Assembly (NCBI GenBank): GCA_030648955.1
Contig: JAUSHB010000013.1
Coordinates: 76,675 to 140,674, forward strand
DNA length: 64,000 nt
Reading direction: 5' to 3'
Source: a bacterium
Lineage (GTDB): Bacteria > Patescibacteriota > Minisyncoccia > Phycocordibacterales > JAUSHB01
The notes under the pieces are model-generated. The model was not told where the DNA came from. It ran no database searches and was given only the letters and a program-made list of their open reading frames with translations. Numbering within the stretch: the first letter of the stretch is position 1; the number at the start of each line of letters is the position of its first letter. Positions 48,057-57,108 of the stretch are shown here, piece by piece. The position numbers were made by a program, and so were the translations under genes.

Positions 48057-48590
48057 TTATTTTTGAGGAAATTTTTCCCTATAGAGTATCTGACTTCTTT
48101 CTATGGCTCGTTTTGCGGATTCCTTGTTTTCAAAGCCGGCCACGTGAACTTCTTTTTGTTGAATTTTTTTATAGGTAGAGTAAAAATGCTCCATTTCTTT
48201 TAGAGTATGTTTATTGATATCCGGAAGATCTTCCACGTGGACCCACCGGGGGTCATGAATGGGTACGGCAACTACTTTGTCGTCCAAGTCACCACCATCT
48301 GTCATTTTCATGAGTGCTACCGGTCTCACCTTCACTAAAATACCTGACAAAAGGGGGTGGGTGGTGAGAAGTATGACATCAAGTGCGTCTCCATCATCCC
48401 ACAGTGTCTGGGGTGCGAAACCGTAATCAAATGGAAAATCTTGGGTTGTATGGGCAACTCGGTCAAGTGCTATAAGTCCCGTTTCCTTATCGATTTCATA
48501 TTTATTTTTTGATCCCTTGGGAATTTCAACGATCACATTGAATTCATCAGGAACCTTTTTTCCGATTGGAATATCGTGCCAGAGGTTCAT
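48057..48590 (-). CDS. ppa: Inorganic pyrophosphatase
   Basis: 177 aa; family I PPase motifs (VIVEIPKGSKNKYEIDKETG; DGDALDVI). Confidence 0.9.
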   Translation of the reverse strand: MNLWHDIPIGKKVPDEFNVIVEIPKGSKNKYEIDKETGLIALDRVAHTTQDFPFDYGFAPQTLWDDGDALDVILLTTHPLLSGILVKVRPVALMKMTDGGDLDDKVVAVPIHDPRWVHVEDLPDINKHTLKEMEHFYSTYKKIQQKEVHVAGFENKESAKRAIERSQILYREKFPQK

Positions 48591-48768
48591 ATTTAATTAC
48601 CAATGCTTATTTTTTAATAACGATAAGATACAAAGTAGTGTAACATATACCGTGAAATACTCGATATCAAAAATTAAATATCAAAATGTAAATTTGGTGA
48701 ATTCGCCTATGGTGAATACAAAAATTTTAAACTTTGATATTTAAATTTTTAATTTACTTAAAATCTAC

Positions 48769-49971
48769 TTACCGTGTATCCACCGCTCCACTTGTATCTG
48801 TTTCCGCTGGAAGCACGCTTCCCCCGTCAACACCCTTGATGTCAATTTTCCAGCCACTTAGTTTTGCTGCAAGTCGAACGTTTTGACCCCCTTTTCCAAT
48901 AGCGAGTGAAAGCTGGTCCTCGGAAACCTTAACAGAAGCAAGGTGTTCTGCCTCATTCAGATCAACGCTCATTACTTTTGCTGGAGAAAGTGCGTCTTCA
49001 ATGAATTTTTTCTGTTCCCCTGACCATTCAATAATATCGATTTTTTCTCCACCCAGCTCACTCATGACCGTTGAAACGCGCACACCACGCTGTCCCACAC
49101 ATGATCCCACGGGGTCAACGTGTGTATCGTTGGATGTGACAGCAATCTTGGATCGCGATCCTGCTTCACGGGCGATTGCCTTAATTTCTACAACACCGTT
49201 TGCGATTTCGGGAGCCTCAACCTCAAAAAGTTTTTGAATAAATTTCGGATGAGACCTTGAGAGATGAAGATCTATTCCACGCGGGGTTTCTTCTACTGCG
49301 TATAGATATGCTCTTATCCGCTCTCCTTGCTTGTAGCGTTCCCCGGGAATTTGTTCATGATATGAAAGAATCCCTGTGGTTTTGCCCAAGTCTATAAAAA
49401 TATTTCCGCGTTCCATTCGTTGCACGGTGCCATTTACGATCTCACCTTGTTTTTTGCCATATTCATCTAAGACGGATACCTTTTCAGCTTCTCTGATACG
49501 CTGAATAATGACTTGTTTTGCCGTTTGTGCGGCGATTCTGCCATATTCATCGCGTGACTCGAGGGGGAAAATGAGTTCATCGCCAGGTTCCACACCCTTT
49601 TTTATTTTCCGCGCATCATCAATCATGATGTGCTGTTCAGGATTAAAGCGAATGAGTTTTTCCCCAACTTCATCAATGACATTCTCAGTTTGACCCTTCT
49701 TTTCTGTGAATTCGGTGGGGGTATCCTCCGTGCCTTCTTCGATTTCAGGGCGGAGCATTGATTGCTCTACCGCGATTTTAATCTGAAAAAACTCTGTTTT
49801 TCCTGAACTTAAATCAAATTGAGCTTTTACAATTTGTCCTTTCTTGCCGTAATCTTTTTTATACGCGGCAGCAAGCGCCTGCTCGATTGCCTCGATAATT
49901 TTTTCTTTTGGTATACCGCGCTCTTCCTCAAGCTGGTGAAGCGCCGAATTTAATACTTTGAGATCCATCAT
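48769..49971 (-). CDS. nusA: Transcription termination/antitermination factor NusA
   Basis: 400 aa; NusA N-domain, S1 domain, two KH domains (GxxG: IGKGGQNVRLAAKLSGWKIDI). Confidence 0.9.
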   Translation of the reverse strand: MMDLKVLNSALHQLEEERGIPKEKIIEAIEQALAAAYKKDYGKKGQIVKAQFDLSSGKTEFFQIKIAVEQSMLRPEIEEGTEDTPTEFTEKKGQTENVIDEVGEKLIRFNPEQHIMIDDARKIKKGVEPGDELIFPLESRDEYGRIAAQTAKQVIIQRIREAEKVSVLDEYGKKQGEIVNGTVQRMERGNIFIDLGKTTGILSYHEQIPGERYKQGERIRAYLYAVEETPRGIDLHLSRSHPKFIQKLFEVEAPEIANGVVEIKAIAREAGSRSKIAVTSNDTHVDPVGSCVGQRGVRVSTVMSELGGEKIDIIEWSGEQKKFIEDALSPAKVMSVDLNEAEHLASVKVSEDQLSLAIGKGGQNVRLAAKLSGWKIDIKGVDGGSVLPAETDTSGAVDTR

Positions 49972-50257
49972 AAAATTTAGTCAGTAGTTAGTAGTAAATA
50001 GTTCGTAGTTTAAGGGCGAAGCAATAAGATAACAAGATAAATAGGTGCTGTGTTCGTTAATAAATTTTTAATAAAAATGTCCGTTCTTTCGAAACGGACT
50101 TACGTGCATCTAAGGTATCAAATTTAGTTGGTTTTGTCAAACAGAAATCGCCCCCAAAGATGTTATGGCTATCGATATGCGACAGTACGGCAATAGGCAA
50201 GAGAAAAGCCGATGGTTCCCATCGGCTTTGAAAAGAACGAACCTACTCGGTAAAATG

Positions 50258-50533
50258 CTATGCGGCTTGCGACACATGTTTTTTTTTGTAACGCTTCTCG
50301 TATTCCGGTATCGTCTTCTCCCAGTCCTCGAGTTTCTCCATGGGAGTGGGGGGGGTATGGAGGATGAACCCATCTCTCTCAATAAAAACAGCCACTTCCT
50401 CTTCACATGCGCCCTGAAGATTTTTTTCCAACGGCGATCCTCCCAACATATCAGGGCCCCATGAGAAATAGAGCTTATCGTTTTTCTTAAGAAACGCAGC
50501 CTCATTTCCATCCGAAGCGATAATCTCGTACAT
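50258..50533 (-). CDS. Small hypothetical protein
   Basis: 91-aa ORF 20 nt downstream of the 50553-51347 gene on the same strand. Confidence 0.4.
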   Translation of the reverse strand: MYEIIASDGNEAAFLKKNDKLYFSWGPDMLGGSPLEKNLQGACEEEVAVFIERDGFILHTPPTPMEKLEDWEKTIPEYEKRYKKKHVSQAA

Positions 50534-50552
50534 AAAGTACCTCCTTTCCGAA

Positions 50553-51347
50553 TTAATAGGATATAAGTTTGAATTTGCACTCTTTCGCGAGCCGTTTCAA
50601 CTTCGGGAAAAACTCCTGATTGAACTGGTCGGTCTCGGGGTAGTATAACACCTCTACGTCGTTCTCCAAAAATACGCCACCTAAAATCTGCGCTTCAATA
50701 TAGGATGTCGTGCCATACTCGTCAATAGGAATTTCCATGCGGTTTACATACTCGTGCCAGCACTGGTCCATGCCAACTACTCGCGATGCAAGTACCCCTT
50801 CAATATCATCCCACACAAAAACTTGCTCCGGAGTAATGTGAAACGAGTCAGCCGGTGTAAATGTACTCCGTTTTTTCACCCTATCTTTTAAAACAAATCG
50901 ATACCATCCGTAAAATCCAAGCGCAGAAAGTCCTATGGGATTATTGCGATAATCAAGAACGCCATAGTTTGGATGCTCGGTGTTGGACATCCCCGCAAGA
51001 ACCGTTTGAAGATTGCGCGTAGCGCCATAGAGTTTAAACTCAAGCATGATGCGCATACGCAAATCGCTCGGATTTCTTTCGCGCGCTGCATGAGCGATTT
51101 CAAAAAGATTGTACAGCCGTTTTGACGCAATCAAACTGTCAATCATGGAAATACCGAAGATATGGTCATGGAGATTTACATTTACCACAATACGAGAATT
51201 TTGCAGTTTTTTCTTCAAACCAACAACCATGTCCCGTTGCTGGTCCAATAAACCTTCCTTCGCAGCAATAGAATGCTTATTGCTTACCGAAAGAACTCTG
51301 TCAAGAAGATATTGTTGACTTGGTGAAAGACGCCGACGCAGTTTCAT
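50553..51347 (-). CDS. Hypothetical cytoplasmic protein (no domain recognised)
   Basis: Start at MKLRRRLSPSQQ; about 264 aa; locally higher GC than the surroundings; no signal peptide. The longest ORF extends to 51479. Confidence 0.5.
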   Translation of the reverse strand: MKLRRRLSPSQQYLLDRVLSVSNKHSIAAKEGLLDQQRDMVVGLKKKLQNSRIVVNVNLHDHIFGISMIDSLIASKRLYNLFEIAHAARERNPSDLRMRIMLEFKLYGATRNLQTVLAGMSNTEHPNYGVLDYRNNPIGLSALGFYGWYRFVLKDRVKKRSTFTPADSFHITPEQVFVWDDIEGVLASRVVGMDQCWHEYVNRMEIPIDEYGTTSYIEAQILGGVFLENDVEVLYYPETDQFNQEFFPKLKRLAKECKFKLISY

Positions 51348-51541
51348 AAAAACCTCCGTTGTAAAAAATTTCAATATACAAAACCCTGCAAGGAAGACTA
51401 TACCGCAACGTTTTTTTTGGCAAGTAGAAAACGGTGGGGTGTGAAAAAATAGGAAAGGGGGGAAATAAGCGCAGTTCATCTAAGGACTACCTTTGAAAAA
51501 TACTGCTTGAATAATGTGGCGTAATTTGGTGTAATAAAGCT

Positions 51542-53518
51542 ATGAAAAAATACATAGGACAATTTATTTTTGTAGGGTTCGCGCTTTTTATATTTAATCC
51601 CGTTTCTCTGGTTCATGCCGCAGAAGAGATCGATGCCTATTGTGTTGTGCCAAAAGAGGCCGTCCCTCACGGCAGTACTGTTTCTTTGACCATTAAGTTT
51701 AAGGATAACGATACAAGCAATGACCTTATTGTTCAGGGACCTTTTAAAATTTTAAGGTATGACAAAGATGGTAAAGCAATCATAGTTGACTTTAAGCGTG
51801 GTAATGAGAAGGACGATACAGGAAAAGAAAACCCTGAAAAACCAGCCTTAACTTCCAGTGTTGCTTTAAGCCCCAAACATATACTTCCAGCTCCCGCCAC
51901 AGAGTCGGTGACTTTGACTTATTTTGTTAAACATAAAGAAGGCAAAAGAGGAAAATTGTCTACAGCCGACCGTGAACAGCAAGTTGACTGCTCATTTACT
52001 GTTCAGCACGAAATAAAAAAAACAACTACTCCAAGCGGTAAAAATTCTATAGGGGATCCGGATTTTGATTTACTGCGCATTTCGAGTGCTGCGGTTGATT
52101 TGGGCATTGAAGATGTCGGCACATTGCCCACCAGTGGCTTTTATTTTTGGAAAGAATGGAAGCGGGGATTGAGCCGTGCGTTTACATGGGACAATGTGAA
52201 GGAAGCGGAGCTCGAGCTTCTCATTGCGAACGAAAAAGCGGCGGAAATGCGGAAGGTTGCGGAGGTAAGCCCAGACAACAAGGAAGCAATTAAAAGTGCG
52301 CTTGAGAATTACGGAGAAGCACAAGCACGGCTCGAGGCACGGCTTATTGACGTGAAAGAAAATTCAGGAAACCCAAAGGTGAAGGCGCTCCTCGAGAAAC
52401 TCGACAAGCAGTCTTTGCAACACGCGACGCTGTTGAACCAAATTGCGATGCGGTGGAACAATGATCCGTATGCCGAAGATGCTGCGAAGAATGTAGTGAA
52501 GCCAGAAGCAGTTCGTGATAACCATCTGCAGGGAGCAGTCGATGTTCTCCAAAAAAAGATTCAGGAAGTTGCTCTTGTCGGGGTTGAAAAAGATGGCAAC
52601 ATAAAAGAAAAAGCGACTGAGCAACTCAAGCGTACGGAGGCAGAACTCGCTTTACTAAAAACTGAATTGACAAAATTCATGGCAAGTAGTGCGGAGACAA
52701 ACCCGCTTGCGATTGAAGAAGAGGGGGTACAGAAAACAGGACCCATACGCATCGACAATACTCCTGCGCGTCTTTCCACCAACATGACCATCGAGCGCCA
52801 AACACCCAAACGAGATTTTGGCGACCGTATGAAGGCAGGCCTGGAACAGGCGGGCGGGATGCTTGCACAAGGAAAGGTAGCGTTTACGACAGGGAAATTT
52901 GGAGAAGCATTTGGAAAAGCCCGTTCAGTCGAGGTGATGGTACGCAATATGCGAGTTGCTATTTCTGACTTTGCCATTAAAGAACAGGGGGTAAAAAAAG
53001 TTGTTGAACCCGGAAAGCCTAAATACGAAGATATCAATGCAAAAAATGTGAACCCAGTTTATGATGATTCTAGCACCGAAGGCACCAACCCTCTGTATGA
53101 CAAAAAAATGGAAAATATGAGAGCGTGCGGGCCACAACCCGGCGCACCGGGAAACTGGATGTGCAAAGAGGGCAAGTGGCAGTTGTCGCCAAATCCTACT
53201 CCGATTTCAAAACCTGCTCCCAATCCGACCGAAAGCGTGGCATGTACGCAAGAAGCGAGACTTTGCCCCGATGGTACGAGTGTGGGGCGTGCGGGACCTC
53301 GTTGTGAGTTTGCGGCATGTCCGTCGCTAAGACCACTTCAGGGTATGGCATGTACTGCGGATGTTGATCCTGTCTGTGGCGCAGATGGGAAAACGTATTC
53401 GAACGAATGCGTGGCGAATGTTGCAGGGGTGAAAGTTTTCACCAAAGGTGATTGCAATGCTACTTTGAATGGAGGCGTCATGATTAAAACAGAAGCGGAA
53501 GGTTCTGTTTTGCGGTAG
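51542..53518 (+). CDS. Secreted protein with Cys-rich C-terminus containing a Kazal-type domain
   Basis: 658 aa; signal peptide (FVGFALFIFNPVSLVHAAEE); C-terminal CTADVDPVCGADGKTYSNECVANVAGVKVFTKGDC matches the Kazal signature C-x(n)-PVCG-x-DG-x-TY-x-N-x-C. Confidence 0.65.
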   Translation: MKKYIGQFIFVGFALFIFNPVSLVHAAEEIDAYCVVPKEAVPHGSTVSLTIKFKDNDTSNDLIVQGPFKILRYDKDGKAIIVDFKRGNEKDDTGKENPEKPALTSSVALSPKHILPAPATESVTLTYFVKHKEGKRGKLSTADREQQVDCSFTVQHEIKKTTTPSGKNSIGDPDFDLLRISSAAVDLGIEDVGTLPTSGFYFWKEWKRGLSRAFTWDNVKEAELELLIANEKAAEMRKVAEVSPDNKEAIKSALENYGEAQARLEARLIDVKENSGNPKVKALLEKLDKQSLQHATLLNQIAMRWNNDPYAEDAAKNVVKPEAVRDNHLQGAVDVLQKKIQEVALVGVEKDGNIKEKATEQLKRTEAELALLKTELTKFMASSAETNPLAIEEEGVQKTGPIRIDNTPARLSTNMTIERQTPKRDFGDRMKAGLEQAGGMLAQGKVAFTTGKFGEAFGKARSVEVMVRNMRVAISDFAIKEQGVKKVVEPGKPKYEDINAKNVNPVYDDSSTEGTNPLYDKKMENMRACGPQPGAPGNWMCKEGKWQLSPNPTPISKPAPNPTESVACTQEARLCPDGTSVGRAGPRCEFAACPSLRPLQGMACTADVDPVCGADGKTYSNECVANVAGVKVFTKGDCNATLNGGVMIKTEAEGSVLR

Positions 53519-53817
53519 TTTTTGCTTGTATAAGTAGCTTTCCGCAGTACTCAGCATCGGCGTACACGATTTTAGGTATATAGCGCAAATTAGGACCTGA
53601 TATGTAAGAACAAGGGGGTCAGGTACTCTATTTTTGTTGAAAATGAAGATGAAATTTTCTTAAAAACAATTATTCCCAGCAGGAAATTTACTAAAAAATA
53701 TTTAATTCAATAAGGGAAAGTTTGAAAACCTTGGTTTTCAAGTAATCCTAGAACGAAGTTCCTAGATACCTCGCCGATGCGGAGCGAGGGAATAGATTGC
53801 TGCGGGGTAGTTCATCA

Positions 53818-53844
53818 GGAAGCTTCTGAAGCTCGCGAAGCTTT
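53818..53844. repeat. GAAGCT repeat ((GAAGCTNNN)x3) upstream of pilB
   Basis: GGAAGCTTCTGAAGCTCGCGAAGCTTT read directly. Confidence 0.55.
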
Positions 53845-53930
53845 TTCTCCGTACGCTCTATAGTTCTACGATTCACGTTGCACGCTTAATGTTATCACCA
53901 CCCGCGCGCTACTTACAGGGCTTCATGTGG

Positions 53931-53936
53931 TATAAT
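53931..53936 (+). promoter_or_regulatory. Extended -10 element (TGTGGTATAAT) upstream of pilB
   Basis: TGn-TATAAT 65 nt upstream of the pilB start; no good -35 hexamer. Confidence 0.3.
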
Positions 53937-54001
53937 TTCTGTGAAGCAACTTACATGATACTTTCAACACTTTTTATTATACGTACGACACTCCACTTGC
54001 C

Positions 54002-55753
54002 ATGAATGTACAAGATGAACATTTGAAAGAGTTTCTTATAGATTCCGGCCTCGTTTCGAAAGATGTCGTTTCACAGGCTGAAATTATTGATAAGGAGAAA
54101 AAGATAGGACTTGGAAAGGTTCTGGTAACACAAGGAAAAATTTCTGAAGATGATCTGCGCCGATCGGAAGCATACATACTCGGTATTCCGTTTGTTGGTT
54201 TGAAGGGGCAAAAAATTGATTTTGCCATTTTGTCGATGATTCCTGAACCTATCGCCCGCAAGCACAACATTGTCGCATATAAAAAGGGTCCCGGTACGCT
54301 TGAGGTGGCAATGCTCGATGCCGACGATCTTACGGCGATTGAATTCGTCAAAAAGAAAGTAGGGCTTAAAATTGTGCCTCGTCTCACCGACAAAGAATCC
54401 ATAAAGAGTGTCCTTGTCCAATATCAAAGAAGTCTTAAGGCGGAATTTAACGACATCATCGACAAAGAAGCAGCCCTTCTTAAGGCTATTCCGGAAGAAG
54501 ACGATGATGGGGCATCCGAAAAAGACCTCAAAAAACTTGCCGAAGATTTGCCGGTGGTAAAAATTGTCGACACACTTCTCAATCACGCAATCATCCAAGG
54601 CGCATCAGATATTCATATTGAACCAACGGAAAACGAAGTTGTCATTAGATATCGCATTGACGGTCTATTGCATGATGCTATGGTGTTACCAAAAAATGTT
54701 GCACCTGGTATTACTGCGCGCATAAAAGTTCTTGCGAATCTCAAGCTTGACGAGAAACGATTACCCCAAGATGGACGATTTAAAATAGAAATGTCGGATC
54801 AGAAAGTGGCGTTTCGCGTGTCGCTTCTTCCTGTGTATTACGGTGAAAAAACAGTTATGAGGCTTTTGCGTGATTCTGTTGCGGGGCATACCCTCGAAAG
54901 TCTCGGATTCCATGGTGCGGCACTAGAAAAAGTTCATGAAGCGACACGGCAAAAAACTGGAATGATCCTTACCACAGGACCTACTGGATCAGGAAAATCA
55001 ACGACTCTTTATACCGTGCTTGATATTGTGAATACGCCCGAAGTGAATATTTCAACCATTGAGGATCCGATTGAATATCAAATGCCTCGAATCAATCAGA
55101 CACAAGTAAAATCTGAAATAGGGCTTACGTTTGCAAGTGGCTTGCGAGCACTTGTTCGACAGGACCCCGACATTGTGATGGTGGGGGAAATTCGTGACAG
55201 CGAGACGGCATCTCTCGCGGTGAACGCCTCTCTTACTGGTCACTTAGTACTCTCAACACTTCACACCAACTCTGCTGCTGGTGCGGTTCCACGTCTTATT
55301 GATATGGGAATTGAGCCGTTTCTTATTGTATCAACGATAAACGTCATCATCGCACAGCGATTAGTGCGCAAACTTTGTGATGTAAAGGAACGGTATACGC
55401 TTTCACCCGCCGAAATTAAAGTGTTGTCAAAAAATATTAACCTTGATCGAGTGATGATGATGCTTAAAGAGGAAAAGATTGTTGATCCGAAAGCGGGGTG
55501 GGAAGATATTCCATTTTATCGTATAAAAAAAAGCGATGAATGCGATGATGGTTATAAGGGGAGACTCGTGATTCATGAAGTGCTCAAGGTAACACCTCCC
55601 ATTCGTGACCTTGTCATGAAAGGGGCGACCTCGACACAAATCGAACAGGAGGCTACCAAAGAGGGAATGTCCACGATGATCGAAGATGGATTATTTAAAG
55701 CGGCACAAGGACTTACCACCGTGGAGGAGGTGCTTCGTGTGGTATCGGAATAA
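54002..55753 (+). CDS. pilB: Type IV pilus assembly / type II secretion ATPase PilB/GspE
   Basis: 583 aa; T2SSE_N domain, Walker A (GPTGSGKSTT), Asp box, Walker B, His box; tetracysteine-like motif partially retained. Confidence 0.9.
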   Translation: MNVQDEHLKEFLIDSGLVSKDVVSQAEIIDKEKKIGLGKVLVTQGKISEDDLRRSEAYILGIPFVGLKGQKIDFAILSMIPEPIARKHNIVAYKKGPGTLEVAMLDADDLTAIEFVKKKVGLKIVPRLTDKESIKSVLVQYQRSLKAEFNDIIDKEAALLKAIPEEDDDGASEKDLKKLAEDLPVVKIVDTLLNHAIIQGASDIHIEPTENEVVIRYRIDGLLHDAMVLPKNVAPGITARIKVLANLKLDEKRLPQDGRFKIEMSDQKVAFRVSLLPVYYGEKTVMRLLRDSVAGHTLESLGFHGAALEKVHEATRQKTGMILTTGPTGSGKSTTLYTVLDIVNTPEVNISTIEDPIEYQMPRINQTQVKSEIGLTFASGLRALVRQDPDIVMVGEIRDSETASLAVNASLTGHLVLSTLHTNSAAGAVPRLIDMGIEPFLIVSTINVIIAQRLVRKLCDVKERYTLSPAEIKVLSKNINLDRVMMMLKEEKIVDPKAGWEDIPFYRIKKSDECDDGYKGRLVIHEVLKVTPPIRDLVMKGATSTQIEQEATKEGMSTMIEDGLFKAAQGLTTVEEVLRVVSE

Positions 55754-55760
55754 GTTAAAA

Positions 55761-55826
55761 AAGCTTCAGTAGCTTCCAGAGCTTCAAAAGCTTCCGAAGC
55801 TAAGAAGCTAACGAAGCTAAAAGCTT
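55761..55826. repeat. GAAGCT repeat hairpin: (AGCTTCNNN)x4 then (NNNGAAGCT)x3 between pilB and pilC
   Basis: AAGCTTCAGTAGCTTCCAGAGCTTCAAAAGCTTCCGAAGCTAAGAAGCTAACGAAGCTAAAAGCTT; the two halves are reverse complements in 9-nt register. Confidence 0.6.
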
Positions 55827-55833
55827 TAAAACA

Positions 55834-57051
55834 ATGACTCGATTCAATTACAAAATACAAAATAATACTGGAAAAATTGAAACGGGAGCAATCGATGCGA
55901 CGGATAAGTTTTCTCTCGCGGCACAATTTAGGAATGAGGGGAAAGTTGTTGTTTCTATCGACGAATTCCATCAAAAAGATTATTTAAAGATGGAGTTTTT
56001 AAACGAGATGCTTTCTCGCATAAAACTTCAGGACAAAATAATTTTTGCAAGAAATCTTTCTGCAATGATCAATGCAGGACTTTCGCTCTCGCGAGCGCTG
56101 GGAGTGTTAGAGCGACAAACAACGAATCTCAAATTCAAAAAAGTTCTTCAGTCGCTCACCGAAAACATCAGTAAGGGGAAATCTTTGAGCGACGGAATGA
56201 AAGAATATCCAAAAGTTTTTCCACAACTCTTTGTTTCTATGGTGGGGGCTGGAGAAGAATCAGGCAATTTGGCCGACTCACTTTTAATCGTTGGCAATCA
56301 ACTGGAGAAAACATACCTCCTTAAGAAAAAAATAAAGGGAGCAATGATTTATCCGGCCATTGTTATTTCAGCAATGGTTGTTATTGCAATTCTCATGTTC
56401 ATCTTTGTGGTTCCCACGTTGAGCGATACGTTTACCAGCATGAACGTTAAGCTTCCTACTAGTACGAGTATTATTATCGGCATCAGCGAGTTTTTGAGAG
56501 ATCACGGTATCCTCGCCTTGATTATCGTAGTTGTTGCGGTCGTGGTTATTTCTATGGCCATACGCACCCCACTCGGCAAGCGTTATGCAGAACTTATCTT
56601 GCTCCATCTTCCGATTATTTCAAAGATCGTGAAAGAATCAAATGCGGCGCGTACAACACGCACACTCTCATCTCTCCTTTCCGCAGGAGTTGATGTCGTC
56701 GAAGCTCTCTCTATCACCAAGAGTGTGGTTCAAAATTCATACTACAAGGATGTATTAACTATCGCAGGGGAGAACGTCCAAAAAGGCATACCCCTTTCGT
56801 CGATTTTTATGGAAAACAGTAAAATTTACCCCGTGCTGGTTGGCGAAATGATCGAGGTTGGCGAAGAAACAGGTAAACTTTCCGATATGCTTTTGCGTGT
56901 CGCTGAATTTTATGAAAGCGAAGTTGATACTGCAACGCGTGACCTCTCAACAATCATCGAACCGATTCTTATGGTTGTCATTGGTGGGGGTGTCGGATTT
57001 TTTGCTATTTCAATGATCACGCCGATGTACACGATCATGACCGGAATTTAG
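55834..57051 (+). CDS. pilC: Type IV pilus / T2SS platform protein PilC/GspF
   Basis: 405 aa; two T2SSF repeats and three TM segments. Confidence 0.85.
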   Translation: MTRFNYKIQNNTGKIETGAIDATDKFSLAAQFRNEGKVVVSIDEFHQKDYLKMEFLNEMLSRIKLQDKIIFARNLSAMINAGLSLSRALGVLERQTTNLKFKKVLQSLTENISKGKSLSDGMKEYPKVFPQLFVSMVGAGEESGNLADSLLIVGNQLEKTYLLKKKIKGAMIYPAIVISAMVVIAILMFIFVVPTLSDTFTSMNVKLPTSTSIIIGISEFLRDHGILALIIVVVAVVVISMAIRTPLGKRYAELILLHLPIISKIVKESNAARTTRTLSSLLSAGVDVVEALSITKSVVQNSYYKDVLTIAGENVQKGIPLSSIFMENSKIYPVLVGEMIEVGEETGKLSDMLLRVAEFYESEVDTATRDLSTIIEPILMVVIGGGVGFFAISMITPMYTIMTGI

Positions 57052-57108
57052 GCAGTGGGGTATATAGCTTGGAACACGGAGCGTGAAAATTCATTATTCA
57101 ATAAAAAT

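Noticed and set aside
48600-48768. Inverted repeat AAATTAAATATCAAA ... TTTGATATTTAAATTT and direct GGTGAAT repeats between nusA and ppa, considered as an operator
   Set aside because: The match is imperfect and AT-rich, within the range expected by composition in a promoter region. It is noted only as a weak candidate regulatory site.
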